Shown here piece after piece: positions 1 to 13,420 of a stretch of 64,000 nt of DNA. The stretch spans positions 63,728 through 127,727 of the forward strand of contig JBLWGC010000115.1 in NCBI GenBank assembly GCA_048772705.1, written 5' to 3'. A program made the translations under genes and the position numbers. The stretch's first letter is position 1. Every line of letters starts with the position of its first letter. The DNA comes from Leidyana gryllorum EB-2025a. Lineage: Eukaryota; Protista; Apicomplexa. Below the pieces are notes generated by a model, which saw only the letters and a program-made list of their open reading frames with translations, was not told the origin of the DNA and did no database searches.

Positions 1-3000
1 CGTCTGCTCTTCCGTCGGCTCGCTCGTCTTCATTTGTTTGCCCATTCTGGTTCTCTTCACCTTGCAGTGGCTCGTCTCCCTCCATTGCCTCCTCCTTATG
101 GCCCTCTTCCGTTTCGGTCGGCTCGTTGGGGTTTTGGCCCTCGCCTTCTGGCTCGTCGCCATCCACAGCGTTGTCCTTTTCATCCATATTGTTGTCGTCG
201 CTGTCGTCAACATCGTCTCCCATAGTATCGGGAATGGCATCATCTTCCATATCGGATTCAGCAGCAATCTCGTCGTTTTCATTTTCACCCTCCTCATCTC
301 CACTGTTTTTCTGGTCGTCCTCGGCCGCGGGGTCAGCAGCTCTTCCCTCTTTAGCGGCGGCCTCGCCGACCATCTCATTCTCTGCTTCCCCCTCGAGATC
401 TCCCTGCAGACCTTCGTCGGCCTCAGTCTTCCGAGGATCGTCAGTGGCATCATCGCCCATATCGGACATTTCGTCGTCGAGCGCTTTCTGCTTCCCAGCC
501 TCTTCATCGTCCACTTCCCCAAAGTTCTCTTCCATCCCATCGTCGCCTTCTTCGGCCTCGGCCTCTTCCTTTTCCTTAGTGTCCACTTTATCTTCCGTTT
601 CACCCTCGAAGTCCATTTGAGTATCGTGCTCTTCTGTTTCACCCTCATGTTTCTCCTGATCCATTTCTGGGGTCTGCTTGGGTTGGTCGGCCAAGTTGTC
701 CAGCTCGTGGTCATTTTCAATCTTCTCCTGAGCATCCGTCAGACCGCTGCCGTCGGCTAAGCCAGAACCGGCCACCCAATCATCACGGAACCGGTCGGGC
801 TGCTGGTTGTCCTCCTCATTGTCTTGCTCGTCCATACGCAACCCATTCTGAGCCAAATCAGCCACCACACGGGCAGTCACTGCCACTAAAGTAGTGAAGG
901 CATCTTGATTCCGACTGACGATCGCTGCAACTCGGGCACACTGTGCGCGACAGACTTCCACATGGGCTTCGCCCATTCCTTCCAGGCAAAGCTCCACTCC
1001 ACTGCATTCTTGGGCCCGATGCTTTTTGAGCGCTTCAAAAGTAGCACATTGCCGTTCTTGTATCCGAGCCAATATTGCATCACCGTCGACCACTTCATCG
1101 GTCTCCTCGTCGGTCCCATCAACGTTGAGGTGCTGCTCCCATCTCACAATCTCGGCCTCCAACTCGGCAAACTTGCCGATCGTCTGGTCATCGATCGCTT
1201 TCACACTTCTGAGCGGAGCACCCAGAGTACTGTCGGGAATCGTTCCGGTCTCTATGATCTGTTTCAGATGAGTCCACAGAAAGGCGGAGCTCTCAGGTCT
1301 CGTTTTGGATACCAACTCTCTTGCTGACGACTCTTCAATTTCGTTGTGGAGAAGAACCCTCAATTCACCCAGCCTCTCTGTATATGGTGCCAGAGGAACA
1401 CGTACAACAGTTGGCTCTTCTCCCAATCCTGAAGAAGAGGGGAGTGCGCTGTTCAACAAGTTCCTGAGTCCCTGTAGAGAGCTGCGAATCATCTGGTAAA
1501 CTCCCAGTTCGGCAGCGGGGTCTCGAACGGCTCGGCATAAGATTGTGTCCGAGCTGTGAGGCACAGTTGCTTCCACAACTGTGAGTGTCAGTAGCGCTTC
1601 ATCTATAAGTCTCATCATCTCTTGGCTGCGAGCGACGGTGAGTCTGACGCCTTGTTTGGCGTCAGTCTCTCCGATAAAACGTTCAAACAGCTGGCAGAGT
1701 CGAAGAGTATCTCCACAGACTCTGGTGCGTTTGATGGATTCTCGCCCCAACCCGGCCAGGAGTTCTTGCCAGTCTCTGGCAGACTTGATGAAGGAAGCGT
1801 CCATATCGCTTTCATTGATGGCCAAGAAATCTCCGACTGCCATCAACGCCCTGGCCAGCTTTTCATCAACTGGCAACGAGAGATAGGTAGACGTTAACTC
1901 CTTCACTTGATCTGCTTTCGAGGTATGCAGCACAGCAGCAGCAGGAATGACGGACCGGAGAGTCTTTCTCACTTCAGTAAACTCTCTCAGAGCAGTCTCG
2001 CGAGGCTTTCGGACAAGCAGACCGGTCATGTTCTCAACATGGGCACTAAACACGTTATCTTCGTCGTGAGACTCCAATAGTTTCTTGACCCACTCGTCTC
2101 CAGACTGTGCCCGCTGCGTCCTCTTCAAGACGTCTGCGATCCGTTCACGGCAGCACCGGTCATACGCCTCGACCAAACGCGCGATTTGCAGTCGCTTTGT
2201 CTGGATGTTACGTCGATCTCTGTCCACTGTGGCGGACTCGAACTTGGTCAGCTGCTGAATTTTCTTGATTTGGTTCTCCAAGTGCCCCAGAATCGGCCCC
2301 GCACTGGCGCGGACGTACTTCTCATACTCCGCCGACCACGCAAGGAACCCTTGGAGGACTTGGATCTTCGTACTTTGCACACTTCCTGATGTCCCAAAGT
2401 TGAGAACTTCGATGAGTTGACGGACAAAATGTCGCAGCAACGGAAGTTCAGCGATAGGACGCGATCGAATGGGGTGGACACAGAAGGTATCCAAATCCTT
2501 GAAGAGCTTCAAGTCATTCTCGGGCGTCGATGGTTCGCAGAAGACCGCATGGAGAATCACCATGGCAACTCGATTCCAGAAATCGCCAGCTTCTTGCCAA
2601 TGCCGCTGTCGCCTCTCTCCAATGTTGAGCCAATCTCTGACCTCCTGAATCCGCAGGTCAGCCAAAACCTCTCGGACTCGTTGGCAGCTGCCATTACTGA
2701 CATCTTCTCTTCGGGCATATCGTGATTCCCACACTCGTAAATGGTCATAAAGATCCTCCACAGCGTGAGCCAACACGTTCGGGGTCGTGCGGTAAAGAGG
2801 CAAACTGGACACAGTTTTGATTGCGTCGCGTATTCTTGCCATATGTGGCACGTGATCCTCCCCATTCTCCTCGATTTGCATCTCAGCCAATCTCAATATG
2901 TGGCTGAGAGGTTCCACCAACTTGAGCATTGCATCTTTCGAGTTGCCCGTGTAGAAAGGGGGATACTGTGTCTCGGAAGACACATCAGATCCACTCTTAT

Positions 3001-6000
3001 CGTTGAGCAGCACGTTGCGATCGCAAGTGCATTTGACTGACAACTTTGCGGATCCATCCAACTCCACGGCATCTTGGAGAACGCACGACCGTAAGTTGTC
3101 GAGGATCTCTCCCGATAGTGTCCCGTTCAACGAGGCTTCCTGTGCCATTCTGCGGAAAGTTTGGACAGCCGTCTTTCTGGTGCGATCGATGCACGAGTGG
3201 CCTCCGAATATCAACCGAACAACAGCTCCCAAATCGTGCATGATACCTGTGGCATCTGCCTCTGGACCATCCATTTCTTGACTTTCAATCGGGTTAATGA
3301 GCGACTTGAGGGTCTCGGTTGCATTCGGGAACAATTCGTTTACGAGAGGCTGGAGCCTTTGCTCTTCACTTTCTGTCATCACGGTTCCCCAGTCTTCCAC
3401 CTCCGGCATATCCAGAATCAAATTGGCGGTTTCGGTTTCGTCTTCGTCAACTTCTATGGCGTCGGATTGTTGCGCCGGATCACCACTCACGACCTCCAAA
3501 GCGTGCTGCAAACACTTGAACCACCCGTCCCCCCCCTCCAAGAGAAGGTTATGCAACTTGGATATACTGGAGTCAGGGCCAGGTCTGGACAGAGCGAGCC
3601 AGCTGGAAGTCCGAGACAATATCTCGGCACGACTGCCATTCCTCAACTTGCCCGGGACGGCGTTCGTCGTGAGCAACAAATCTGTCATCTTCACAACGTT
3701 GGATGTGCGAGACGCGTCGAAGTCTGCTTCTGCTTGCTGCATAGCGCGGCACGCGGATGCAGCGTTGCCAATAGCGAAGACGATAGCTAAATGTGGACAA
3801 CGATCTCCACCGAATCTTAGGAAAGCTTTCAGCATATTAGGGTCTGCGAGTCCGAGTATCCACGTGGTCCCGCCGGATTCGATGGCCGATTGTGTGTGTT
3901 GGATGGCCATGGATTGGAGATTGTCGACGAACGTATTGATTTCGTGCACCGTATCCGTGACGACTTCGCTTCTGTCGATGGTCTCCACCTGAGCAGCGCT
4001 CATTTTGCTGAGGGCTGTCCAATCAGTCATCGCTGAATGGCATCCCATGGAACCCCACAGCATCATCCAGTAGCTATTCAGGCTTTGGCGTGTGGTGTGA
4101 ATATCAGCCACTACACTGTTCATCATAGTCTCCACACTGAAGCGCAGGGTGGAACTGATGGAACAGAGTTGGCTCCAGAGACATGGAATGCAGAGGAGAT
4201 GCAGATGATTCACTGCAAAACGCAATGGATCGTCGGTCGTCTCCAAATCATTCCAAGCTGTTCGGAGCATCTCGTCCACAACGGAGAATGGTGATCGAGT
4301 CCCGTCCGGCGTACAATGAGGACCAACCTTCTGCCACAATCCACGGGCCTTTTCCAGACACAACGTCAGCATGTGAGTGGGATCCTCCCAACTCTTGCGG
4401 TCTGCAATGAACGCGTCTCCCTCAATCGTGTGGAAGAGCACTGCCATTGCCCGTACGACCTCCATGATCACTCGTCTCCAGGAGGAGGGAGTCAACTTGG
4501 CGATTTCGCACTCGGGCAGCCCCAAGGGTAGAGAGCTGTGAATGTTGGCGGTAACAGACGACCGTAACATCCGGAACTGATGGCTGAGGGCCTGGAGATC
4601 GAAGGCGGCATCGCAATAGGGAGAAATCGTCGAGAACGGTAGCCTATGGCTCAAGGAAGCCTGGACGTTGTACATATATTTCTCTACTTGACTGGTGAGA
4701 GAAACCGACAATCTGTAAGCCTCGAGGTGTGACAGAGGTACATACTCGTCTCTGGCTCCATTGAGGATCCACAAGAGACACAGCCCCACAACGAGATCCT
4801 TTCCATGAGTGAGACAGCCTCCGCCGAGGGTATCGAGACGCATCATGACGCTGTAATACTCCCGAGCTGTCTCCCACCAATTGCCGCTGTACGGTTTATG
4901 GCCATTCGAGTCCAGCATCTCTTCGCGATATTGCTGCAGACGCGCCATTATGGACTGCAGATTGCGATACTCGACCAGCAAAGCTGTCGTACACCATCTC
5001 TTTTGACGACGATCCTCGACCTCGTCCGAGCAGTGGCCATTCGATGAGGCACCGTCCACCAACGAGGTGGTCTCCACCTTCACATTCGCGTCACAGAGCC
5101 GGAAGAATAGACGATTCTGAATCTCTGGGCACGGACCAACGGACTTCATTCGCGAGCTTTGCACAACGGCCAATTCTTGCAACAGATCGGGAACAGCCGA
5201 ACATGTAGCGAACTGTTCCACGCTGCCGAGAAGGAGGCGATGGAGACGAAGCCGCAATTCCGAGTCGCCTGGACTGCTTGGACCGAACGTGATAGGTTCG
5301 GACGCTTGGAAACTTGGAAGTGTTGTGCTTGTCGGATGTAAGGTAAGGGACCACAATAGCAGCTCAATGACCGCCGATGGTGGAACATGACTCTCCAAAG
5401 TTAAGGCCTTGAGATCCGATTGGGCCGGAGAACCTCTGCTCAGAACAGAGAGGAGAGTCGAAGACTCATCGGTCAACCCGCTCAAAGTTGGATTTGTCGG
5501 CCTGAGTCCACTGACCAATTTGCAGTAGCGGAGCAGCCAAGGGAGCAACAGTTGTCGGCAGTCACAAAGCCAAGAGTTGAAGCGCGATTCCCGCAGGGCC
5601 GCTATAGTGGTGCGATCCGAAGGTAGTCGAATGGAGAGTCGAAGGTATGCCAGATCGAGCAACTCGTTCTGCAGCTCCGCGAGAGCGTCGAGTGTGGGGG
5701 AGTCGCACTTGTTGATCACTAATTCCAAATCGTCGTCCATTGTTCTTATCCGTAAGTGTCGGCAGAAAGAGATGACCCATTGAGGGGTGCCTTCTGGCCA
5801 AATCATCCTTCCATCGAAGATATCGGCGTATTGACCCAAAGAAATTCTGTCTCCGTGCACTTCGAAGCCTTTAGCGGCGCCACTTATACTGCTGACGAAG
5901 CGAGCGGCGTGACATACGCGCCGCTTGAAGGACCCAAGTAGGTGATCGGCAACTTTGTTGGGAGAGGAACGACTCTTGTATGCGTGACAGAGCCGAGCCA

Positions 6001-9000
6001 GTTCCTTCTGCAAGGCCTCAGGAGCCCGCACCAACTTGACAGTGGGGATCAAATGTGCCGATGACAGCACTATTTGTTGTTCCAGTGCCTCCAACTCAGT
6101 CTGAGCACCCCCCACTGGGATCTCGAGGGCCGTGACGCTCGGAGTCAGAGGGCTGATTTGCATGCCGAGAATCTTTTGATCAATCATACGAGGCAATTGT
6201 CCCTGAGCCTCCAGCTCCATGGTGGTTCGCAACAAGCGCACTATCAACACCGGATTGAGTACGCTTTCAATCTCCTTGTATCGGTTCAGATAGGCCAGAG
6301 AAGCGAGCCAATGTACAGCAGTCTCTTTGGCAGATTCTGTCCCATCGGCTTGATGAGGCAACAAAGAGCACAAATATCTGGCGTCCTTGTCCCCATAGAG
6401 AGAGAATGGTTGACCGTCGTTCAACCGAGTGAGCTCCAAGCATCGATCTGTGTGAATGACTTCATCAACAGCAGCGCACTCTTCACTTGTGAGGTACCAG
6501 ACCCGACTCTCGCACTCCTTGACTCCAATCGAGACAGGCCAGAATTTACTGATCCATTCACTGGGGCAAAGTTGCGACTCCTCTGTGGGCTCAATGAGGT
6601 CTTCGGCTGTTCGGACAGCCCGGAAGACGCCGACAGTTGTGAGGAACATAACGGTATACTTCATAATCAGGTGGACCAGTGTGAGTCGATCCCATTGATG
6701 AGGTGCGGAGCTGGAACCCAAAAGGGATCCTATGGTTCTGGCAGTCTCCAAACATTCGGTGGGATTGATCAGCATCCCAATCCGTGCAGCCCACTGTTGA
6801 CCTTCAAACATGCCGGGCTCGAAGGGGGTTGTATTGCGCAACACGGTGGTAATTGTGTTCACGAGCATCAAGATGAACTCTCGATTTGTTTGAGTTCGGA
6901 AACTCAACCATAACTTCTCTTCAGCGGTTTGATTGGGCGGTGTGAGCGACCGCGTTGCTGTCACCGCATCTTCCATTGTCTCATCATCTTTGATGTTGAG
7001 AGTCTCATTCGATGCACAACTTTCAGTAGGGATGAGACCGGGCACTTTCCAGTCTCTCACGCCGTCGGGCATATACAGTTCCAGGCACCGATTGCGCACA
7101 GCTGCCGATATTCCCGGATTCGGTGTACAGTCCGACAGGAAAATGATTCGGAAATCGGGATGAGGTTTGACTATTTGGAACGGTCCAGCCTCCGATATGG
7201 TCAGCACTCCGTTGCGCTCTGTAAGACCGTTCAATCGGTCTAAAACACCCGCTTGGGCCACTGATGTGTCATGAACGACCACCCAGTGTCCTTCGCGGAT
7301 GGCTTTGACCAATGGGCTATCGACCCAGGTGAAATGGGCTCCGGAACCTGTAGAAGTCTCAGCCTCCGCTTCCTCCTCCTTGACTCTGACGCTCTCTTCG
7401 ATTTTGGCCTCTGACTTGATGGCAGTTGACGGGTCGACGCGTGCGAAACCACCCAACAGAGTCGTCCCATCAGTGGACGGAGCCATATGGAAATCGATGA
7501 CTTTGACTCCCCTTTTCGAGAAAGCTTCGGGCTCAGCCAACAAATGAATGACTTCTGTGGCTGCCTTCAAGTCTGCTGTTGTCAAGAGAATGGGGAGTCG
7601 GGCGCTGAGTCCCAGTTTTAGTTTCGCCGCCAGACTGAGATGCCAATATGGCAGGCAATTGACAGCAGCGAGTTTGCCGAGCATTTTGACAGCTTTGGTC
7701 TGCAGGAATTGGTCTGTGCCGGTATGCGTCGCAGACCACTCGTCATGTTCTCTTTGGTCCAACTTGAGGGTATCGGCCACAATATGATGGAACTTCCGAA
7801 CATCAGATGGGCTTTCCAGTCGCGAGCCAAACACCACTCGGAGCGCTGAAGACAACTTTTCTCGTGTTGTCGGCTGACGACTGTCGTGACAGAGTATTGC
7901 TGCGACCCTCTGGAGGTCTCGGGTGTTCCACTCCCAGTCTTTAGCACTTTTGGTTCTCCATGTCTCTTTTCGGAGAGCATCGAGAACGTTGATACACAGA
8001 GTCGAAACATCAGCGCTGGCGTCATTCTCTGCCATCGAGTCATCTGCTGCTGTTGCCTCTGCGAGTTGTGGCACCACGTGGTTGATCACAGCCAGGAGGT
8101 CCTCGGTATTCAACGCCAGCACGCGGATCTTATGGAATCTATTTAAGAAAGAGACCGGAAGGCCTTTTCTCCCATCTCCTTTGCTCGCCTCATTCTGGGC
8201 AGCGAAGAGCCGGAAGCCCGCGGACGGTACGAGAAGTTTGTCAACTTCTGCAACATAGAGCTCATTTCGATGGTCGAGCAAACTGTTCAATCCTTCAAGA
8301 ACTGGTTGTGGTGCGAGATTGATCTCATCAAGAAGGATCCAGGCACCCATTTGCAAAGCTTTGGTCAACGGTCCCGGTTTGAAGGTGAATGAGCCATTGG
8401 CACCGGGTACAAAGTTGCCGGTCAGATCGCACATCTCACTCTGTTCGCTGAGGTTCACCCGAAGCAGCTCGACACCGAGGAGACCAGCAACACTTTGCAC
8501 GAGTGCCGTCTTTCCAGCTCCAGGAGGACCTTCCAACAATATTGACGTTTTGGACGACATGGCTCGGATCAATCTGGCGAGATTTTGCCGAGTTCCTGGG
8601 GCCTCGAACCGGACGCTGGATGCGGTCATCGCCTCCTCATCCCAGTCATCGATAAGAGGGAGGGGGAGTTGGGCAACAGTAGTCGACGAGAAGATCTTTG
8701 GGTTCGATGCGACGAAAGGGTGCATCTGAATGAGCCCTTTGCGGATCCGTAGTCGAGTGTCCTTCACCCATCCAAGACCTCCCGGATAGAAGTCCATGAA
8801 CAGATCCCCAAACAGCGCGGCATCGATACTGTTGTCCATCGTTGTGGATTTGCAGATGATTTGCAGCACAGCCACCAGGAGACTGTCCACATCACTCATA
8901 AAGTCGGTGGACTTCGATCCCGTGATTTGCTGAATAACGGGCTGAACCGACTCGTCGAGATCAAAAGTGACTTTGGATTTGAGTCGATTCCCAATGAAGA

Positions 9001-12000
9001 ATCCATCAATCAGAGTGACATAGAGTGCGTCAATCAATGGTCTCTGCCACTTATCGTCGCGCACAAGACTGCTGAACACTGTCAGCCAGTTCACGAGCTC
9101 TCGCAGGGAGACAGGAACAGTGCTGTGCTCTTCGAACCACATCATAACAGCGCACACAGCGTCCTTTATGTCAACGATGGTGGACTGATCTTTCAGTACG
9201 CCTTTCAGAGTCAGCGATGCCAAACGATCCATCACCAGCTGAGAACAACTCTCGTCGCCAAAACTGATGGTGGGAACATAAACTTCTAGTAGACGGTTCC
9301 GCATAGCCTTTGATAACTCCTTCTTGCCGTAGTCTCCACCGGGGTTCATTGTGGCAAAAAAGCGGAAATCGTCTTCGCTCTGTATAACCCCATTCTCGTA
9401 CTCTCCATTGTCGCATAGCTCGGGAATGAGGAGGAATCTGTTATCCGCCTCCAGAACTGAGTTGAGACGTTCCAAAATGGCGTCATCGGCCAAGTTCATC
9501 TCATCCAGAAGGAAAGCTTCACCCTGTAACATGGCTTGAACCAGAGGTCCATTCTGCCAGGCAAACAAGGCGCCGGAATCACTTTCAGCAGCTGTCTCCT
9601 GGTCAGACATACTCACGCCCTCTGCTTTCGATGGGGTTTCAGCCTGGACTGTTCTCGGCCTCTTGTTGCTGGTACTAACGTCAGGGGTTGTGGCCTCCTC
9701 TTCGATCTCCTCCTTGTGAGACACCTTAGATCGAGGACGGAAGCCTCCAATGAGATCGCTTATGTCGGTATTCTGTTGACAGTTGAGACTCAATAGCCGT
9801 TTATTGTGCACTTTAGTCGCCAGATACTGTATGGCCGCCGTCTTGCCGGCACCTGTGGCTCCCACAAGCAGGCATGGCTCCTTATTGCGCCAAGCCCACT
9901 CCAGTATACCCAGGAGGCGACGCATTGGCCGAGTCATTGTGAGATCTTGGGACAAAGAAGTGCTGGCCGGGCCGAGGAGTTGGGTATAGTAAGCCTCCCC
10001 CTCGTTGTCCAGCAATTGACTCTCAATGTTTCTCCGGCGCTCCTCTGCCATCGCGGCTTTACTGGTGATGCAGATCCGAGTGAGCAGTTTCACGAACTGT
10101 TCCCGGCCTGAGGTGGACCTCAACCGCTCTCCAATGACCTGTACGGCCCCGAAGATCAATTTCTCTTCAGTATCTGTACCAGCCCGACCCCAGCGCAACA
10201 AATCGCGAATTGTCACCAACACTTCAAAAGTCTGACGATTATCCAAATGGCGCACTCTCAATTCTTCGTACACTCGAACCATTGTCTCCGCCGACTTGGG
10301 GGAGACATTGGGCGTCCGTTTCATGATGATCAGCATCAACTCGTCGGAAGGCGGCTCAGAGACCAGGAATTCGATAAAACGACCTTTCAAAGCCTCTGAG
10401 AGCTTTTTACGACCTCCATATGTCACTGGATTCTGAGTAGCGAAGAGGCGGAACTCTGGATGGGCGCGAACTCTCTCGCCCGTTTCGGGCACATAGACCT
10501 CGCGATTGTCATCCAAGAGACGGTTAAGCCCTTCTGTCACTTCAGTGGGAGCCAAGTTGAACTCGTCAAGAACCACCCAATGCCCATTTTTGACAGCGCT
10601 CAAGAGTGGTCCCTCCTGGAAACTGATACTGCCCGACTTGTCGGCTACGAAAGATCCCAAGTATTCTGACAAGGAGATCTGATCGTGATTATTGATGCGA
10701 ACAAACTTGTGCTCAGTAAGGGTGGAGAGATACTCGACCAAACTGGTCTTTCCAGCTGAAGTGGGCCCCTCCAAAAGTATAGGTGAGACAGAACCACTCA
10801 GGAGACGGACCAATCGATGGATCAATTGTCGAACCGACGGAGTACACAGGAACTTCTCGTTAGCAGCTGTCTCGGCTGCTGCGAACTTTTGTGGGTTGCC
10901 GTCGCCGCCCGACTTGAGGGGATAACCGTCGATGAACACAGCCCCATCCTTTAGCTCACATTTCGGCTGCAGATGCTGTTTAGCGTAATTGCGGAACAGC
11001 TCGCCAGATTCAGCCTTGAAGGGGGGAGGTTTCGGCGGCAATTGGTTGGGCAGTCTGGTACAGTTGAAGGCTGTCTTAATCTCAGATTCCAGCTTTTTCA
11101 GACTCTCCTCGCTTAAATTGGCGCCAAAGAAGGACATGTAGGCATCCATTAACAGGACTCCGGTGCCCTCGTTCCCTCGTGCTTTGCGGTTCTCGACATA
11201 CCGAAGGGCATTGACGAGGGTTCGGAGGTTCACAGAGGCTCCCGCAGCAGCCGTGCCTTCGCCAGCCGCGCTCAGCTCGAGACGCCCAGTATTCGCCATC
11301 TCTTTAATCTTCAGATACAAACCAGCAGCGCTGGCACTGTACATCCTGACGGTGGGGAAAGTGTGGCAGATCATTTCCAGATCCTCCTGACGATCTAATT
11401 CGTCAACGTACATCTCGAAGAACTTTGATCTCAGGGCATTGGGCAGCTCAGTTTTAGTGGACGCACCTGAGCAGCTCAAGACTGACCCGGTGGCACTCAA
11501 CTGAACACTTGGATTCATTGTCGCTAACAATCGGAAGTCCTTATGGACCTCGATGCGTTCCCCGGAGTTCTCATATACAACAAACTCTCGATTATTAGAG
11601 CGGTTGAGGAGAGGTAAGATACGACTGATGACTTCGGACGGAGCCAAATTGATTTCATCCAGAACCAGCCATTTTCCCTCCTTTAGACACTTGAGGAGCA
11701 CTCCTGGTTGGAAATGAGATCGTATTCGGAAACGAAGAGAGGTTTCCAATCGAGCGCACTCCTCACCCTTGGATTTCCACCAAAGGGCTTCCTTAACCCA
11801 CTTCCTCCTCTTGCGGCCGGGGGCCACGTCTTTGAGATGCGCGGTGATTCTGCGCAAGACATCTTCAGACAAACTCAAGGCAGCCTTCAACATCTCCTTG
11901 GGATCGTTCTTCTTCATAGTTTGAGCATTTCTCTCTTTGCGGCCTTCATCAACAGTGACGAGAGTTCTCCCTTCCTCAAGTCTGATTCTCATTGCATGGA

Positions 12001-13308
12001 AGAGCTCTCTGACCAGTTTGCAACTCGAAACCGGTACAAAGTCACCAATCAAATCAGACGCTTCAGTTTGCTCATGAAGATTGAAGACTTCGATCCGATC
12101 ACCGCACTGCTCCATTTCCGCGAGAGCTTTGCAGAGATGTGTCTTGCCAGTCCCCGTTGGGCCAACCAACAATACATTCTCATCACGTTGCAGTGCTTTG
12201 CGCAGTTCAGCGCTTGCAGATCGATGAACGAGCGTCTGGACCATCGGCGTCGGGCCACCAGAATTGTCGACCACTGCTGAGTCTATCAGAGGGTAAACAA
12301 TCTGGTTGCGAGTCTCGGGGGTCTCGTGCAGTTGGAAAGCAGCAATGTAGAACGGAGCAATCCAACGTCTGATGCAGACTGGCAGCGGTGCCATCAAGCG
12401 AGACGCAACCAGTTGTGCACAGTTCATCCGTTGGCTGTCCGGGACATTCTCCAACGTTTCTTGCCATTGATCCAACCGCGAGAGGGCTCCTGCGTGGTCA
12501 CCCACCGATGAGACGATAGCCTCGAGATCTCGCCACCCCGGAAGTCGTCGGACTGCGAGGGCCGGCGGCCCTGCTGTCTGCTTGGTATAGGGGTCTTTGA
12601 CTCGTAGCAACTCAGTCCGGAGATTATCGACAAACTTTAGTAACCAGTTCAGAAAGTCCAGGCGTCCAGGTACATATGTGAGGAGGCGGGATTGAGCTTC
12701 GTCGAGACTGAGTGGAGGCAGTCGTAAGCGATTCCATCGGCCAAAATACTTGTGGGACTCTAAGCGTCCGAGAGACGGGGGAACCTTCACGCTGGCCAAC
12801 AGGAGCTCTTCAATCGACCCTACGAGAGTCTGTTGGGTGAAAGATGGTAAGCTATCTTCGGGTTCATTGTATAATGCGATGATCTGAAAATCATCGTGGG
12901 CATATGTAGTCCTCTGTCCCTCATGATCAACAAAAGCACGGCAACGCGCCACCTCATTGAGCTTAGCAATAACATCCAAACTTGCGTTTTCGGCTCCCTC
13001 AAGAATTATGCACCACCCTTCCTCAACTGCCTTGGGTAAGAGGCCCGGTTGCCATTTGAAGGGTGTGTTTAGATCTCCAGATACCCACTGACCTGCAAAG
13101 AATGTTCCAATTAAAAGCCCACTACTCTCTGGCTACCTGAAAGGTCCTTAGCGTCAGTTTGGTCATCGCAACTAAGCCAGACTTGGCGTGCAGTTTTTGG
13201 CAAGAGTTCGTTGATACTGACAGCATTCGGTGGAACAGAGATGACCAATGGCCCCCCCAACTTCAAAAGATGCTCCAGCTTGCACTCTAATCCATATTCG
13301 CTCGTCAT
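1..13308 (-). CDS. MDN1: Midasin (Rea1/MDN1) AAA ATPase, 3' end outside window; exon 1 13137-13308, 44-nt intron 13093-13136, then an apparently uninterrupted ~13 kb exon
   Basis: Minus-strand translation gives successive midasin AAA modules: DQTDAKDLSG..FKWQPGLL, GPTGTGKT, EGPTSAGKT..FVRINNHDQISLSEYLGSF..WVVLDEFNLAP..EGLNRLLDDNREVYVPETGE..HPEFRLFATQNP, GATGAGKT, EGPPGAGKT. A D/E-rich tail occupies about 1-860. It is absent from the ORF track, consistent with no stop inside the window. Confidence 0.95.
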
Positions 13309-13420
13309 CTATGCAACGAAAAAATTATGTCCGCTCGCTGACCCTAAAACCGCGCTTGGGGAGACAGGTGTATCCGGGTCTCCAAGTGCATTAAGCCACA
13401 AGCGTCTTCAGATTATAAAC

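Noticed and set aside
38-760. 240-aa very hydrophobic + strand ORF resembling a membrane protein
   Set aside because: Antisense shadow of the D/E-rich midasin tail (GAA/GAT codons read as TTC/ATC).
886-12633. Numerous + strand and short off-frame ORFs (e.g. 3297-3992, 6074-6913, 11708-12280)
   Set aside because: All lie opposite or within the continuous midasin frame and have no motifs.
13211-13420. N-terminal extension of the vWA ORF in the ORF track
   Set aside because: It overlaps midasin exon 1 on the other strand; the signal peptide starts at ATG 13421.
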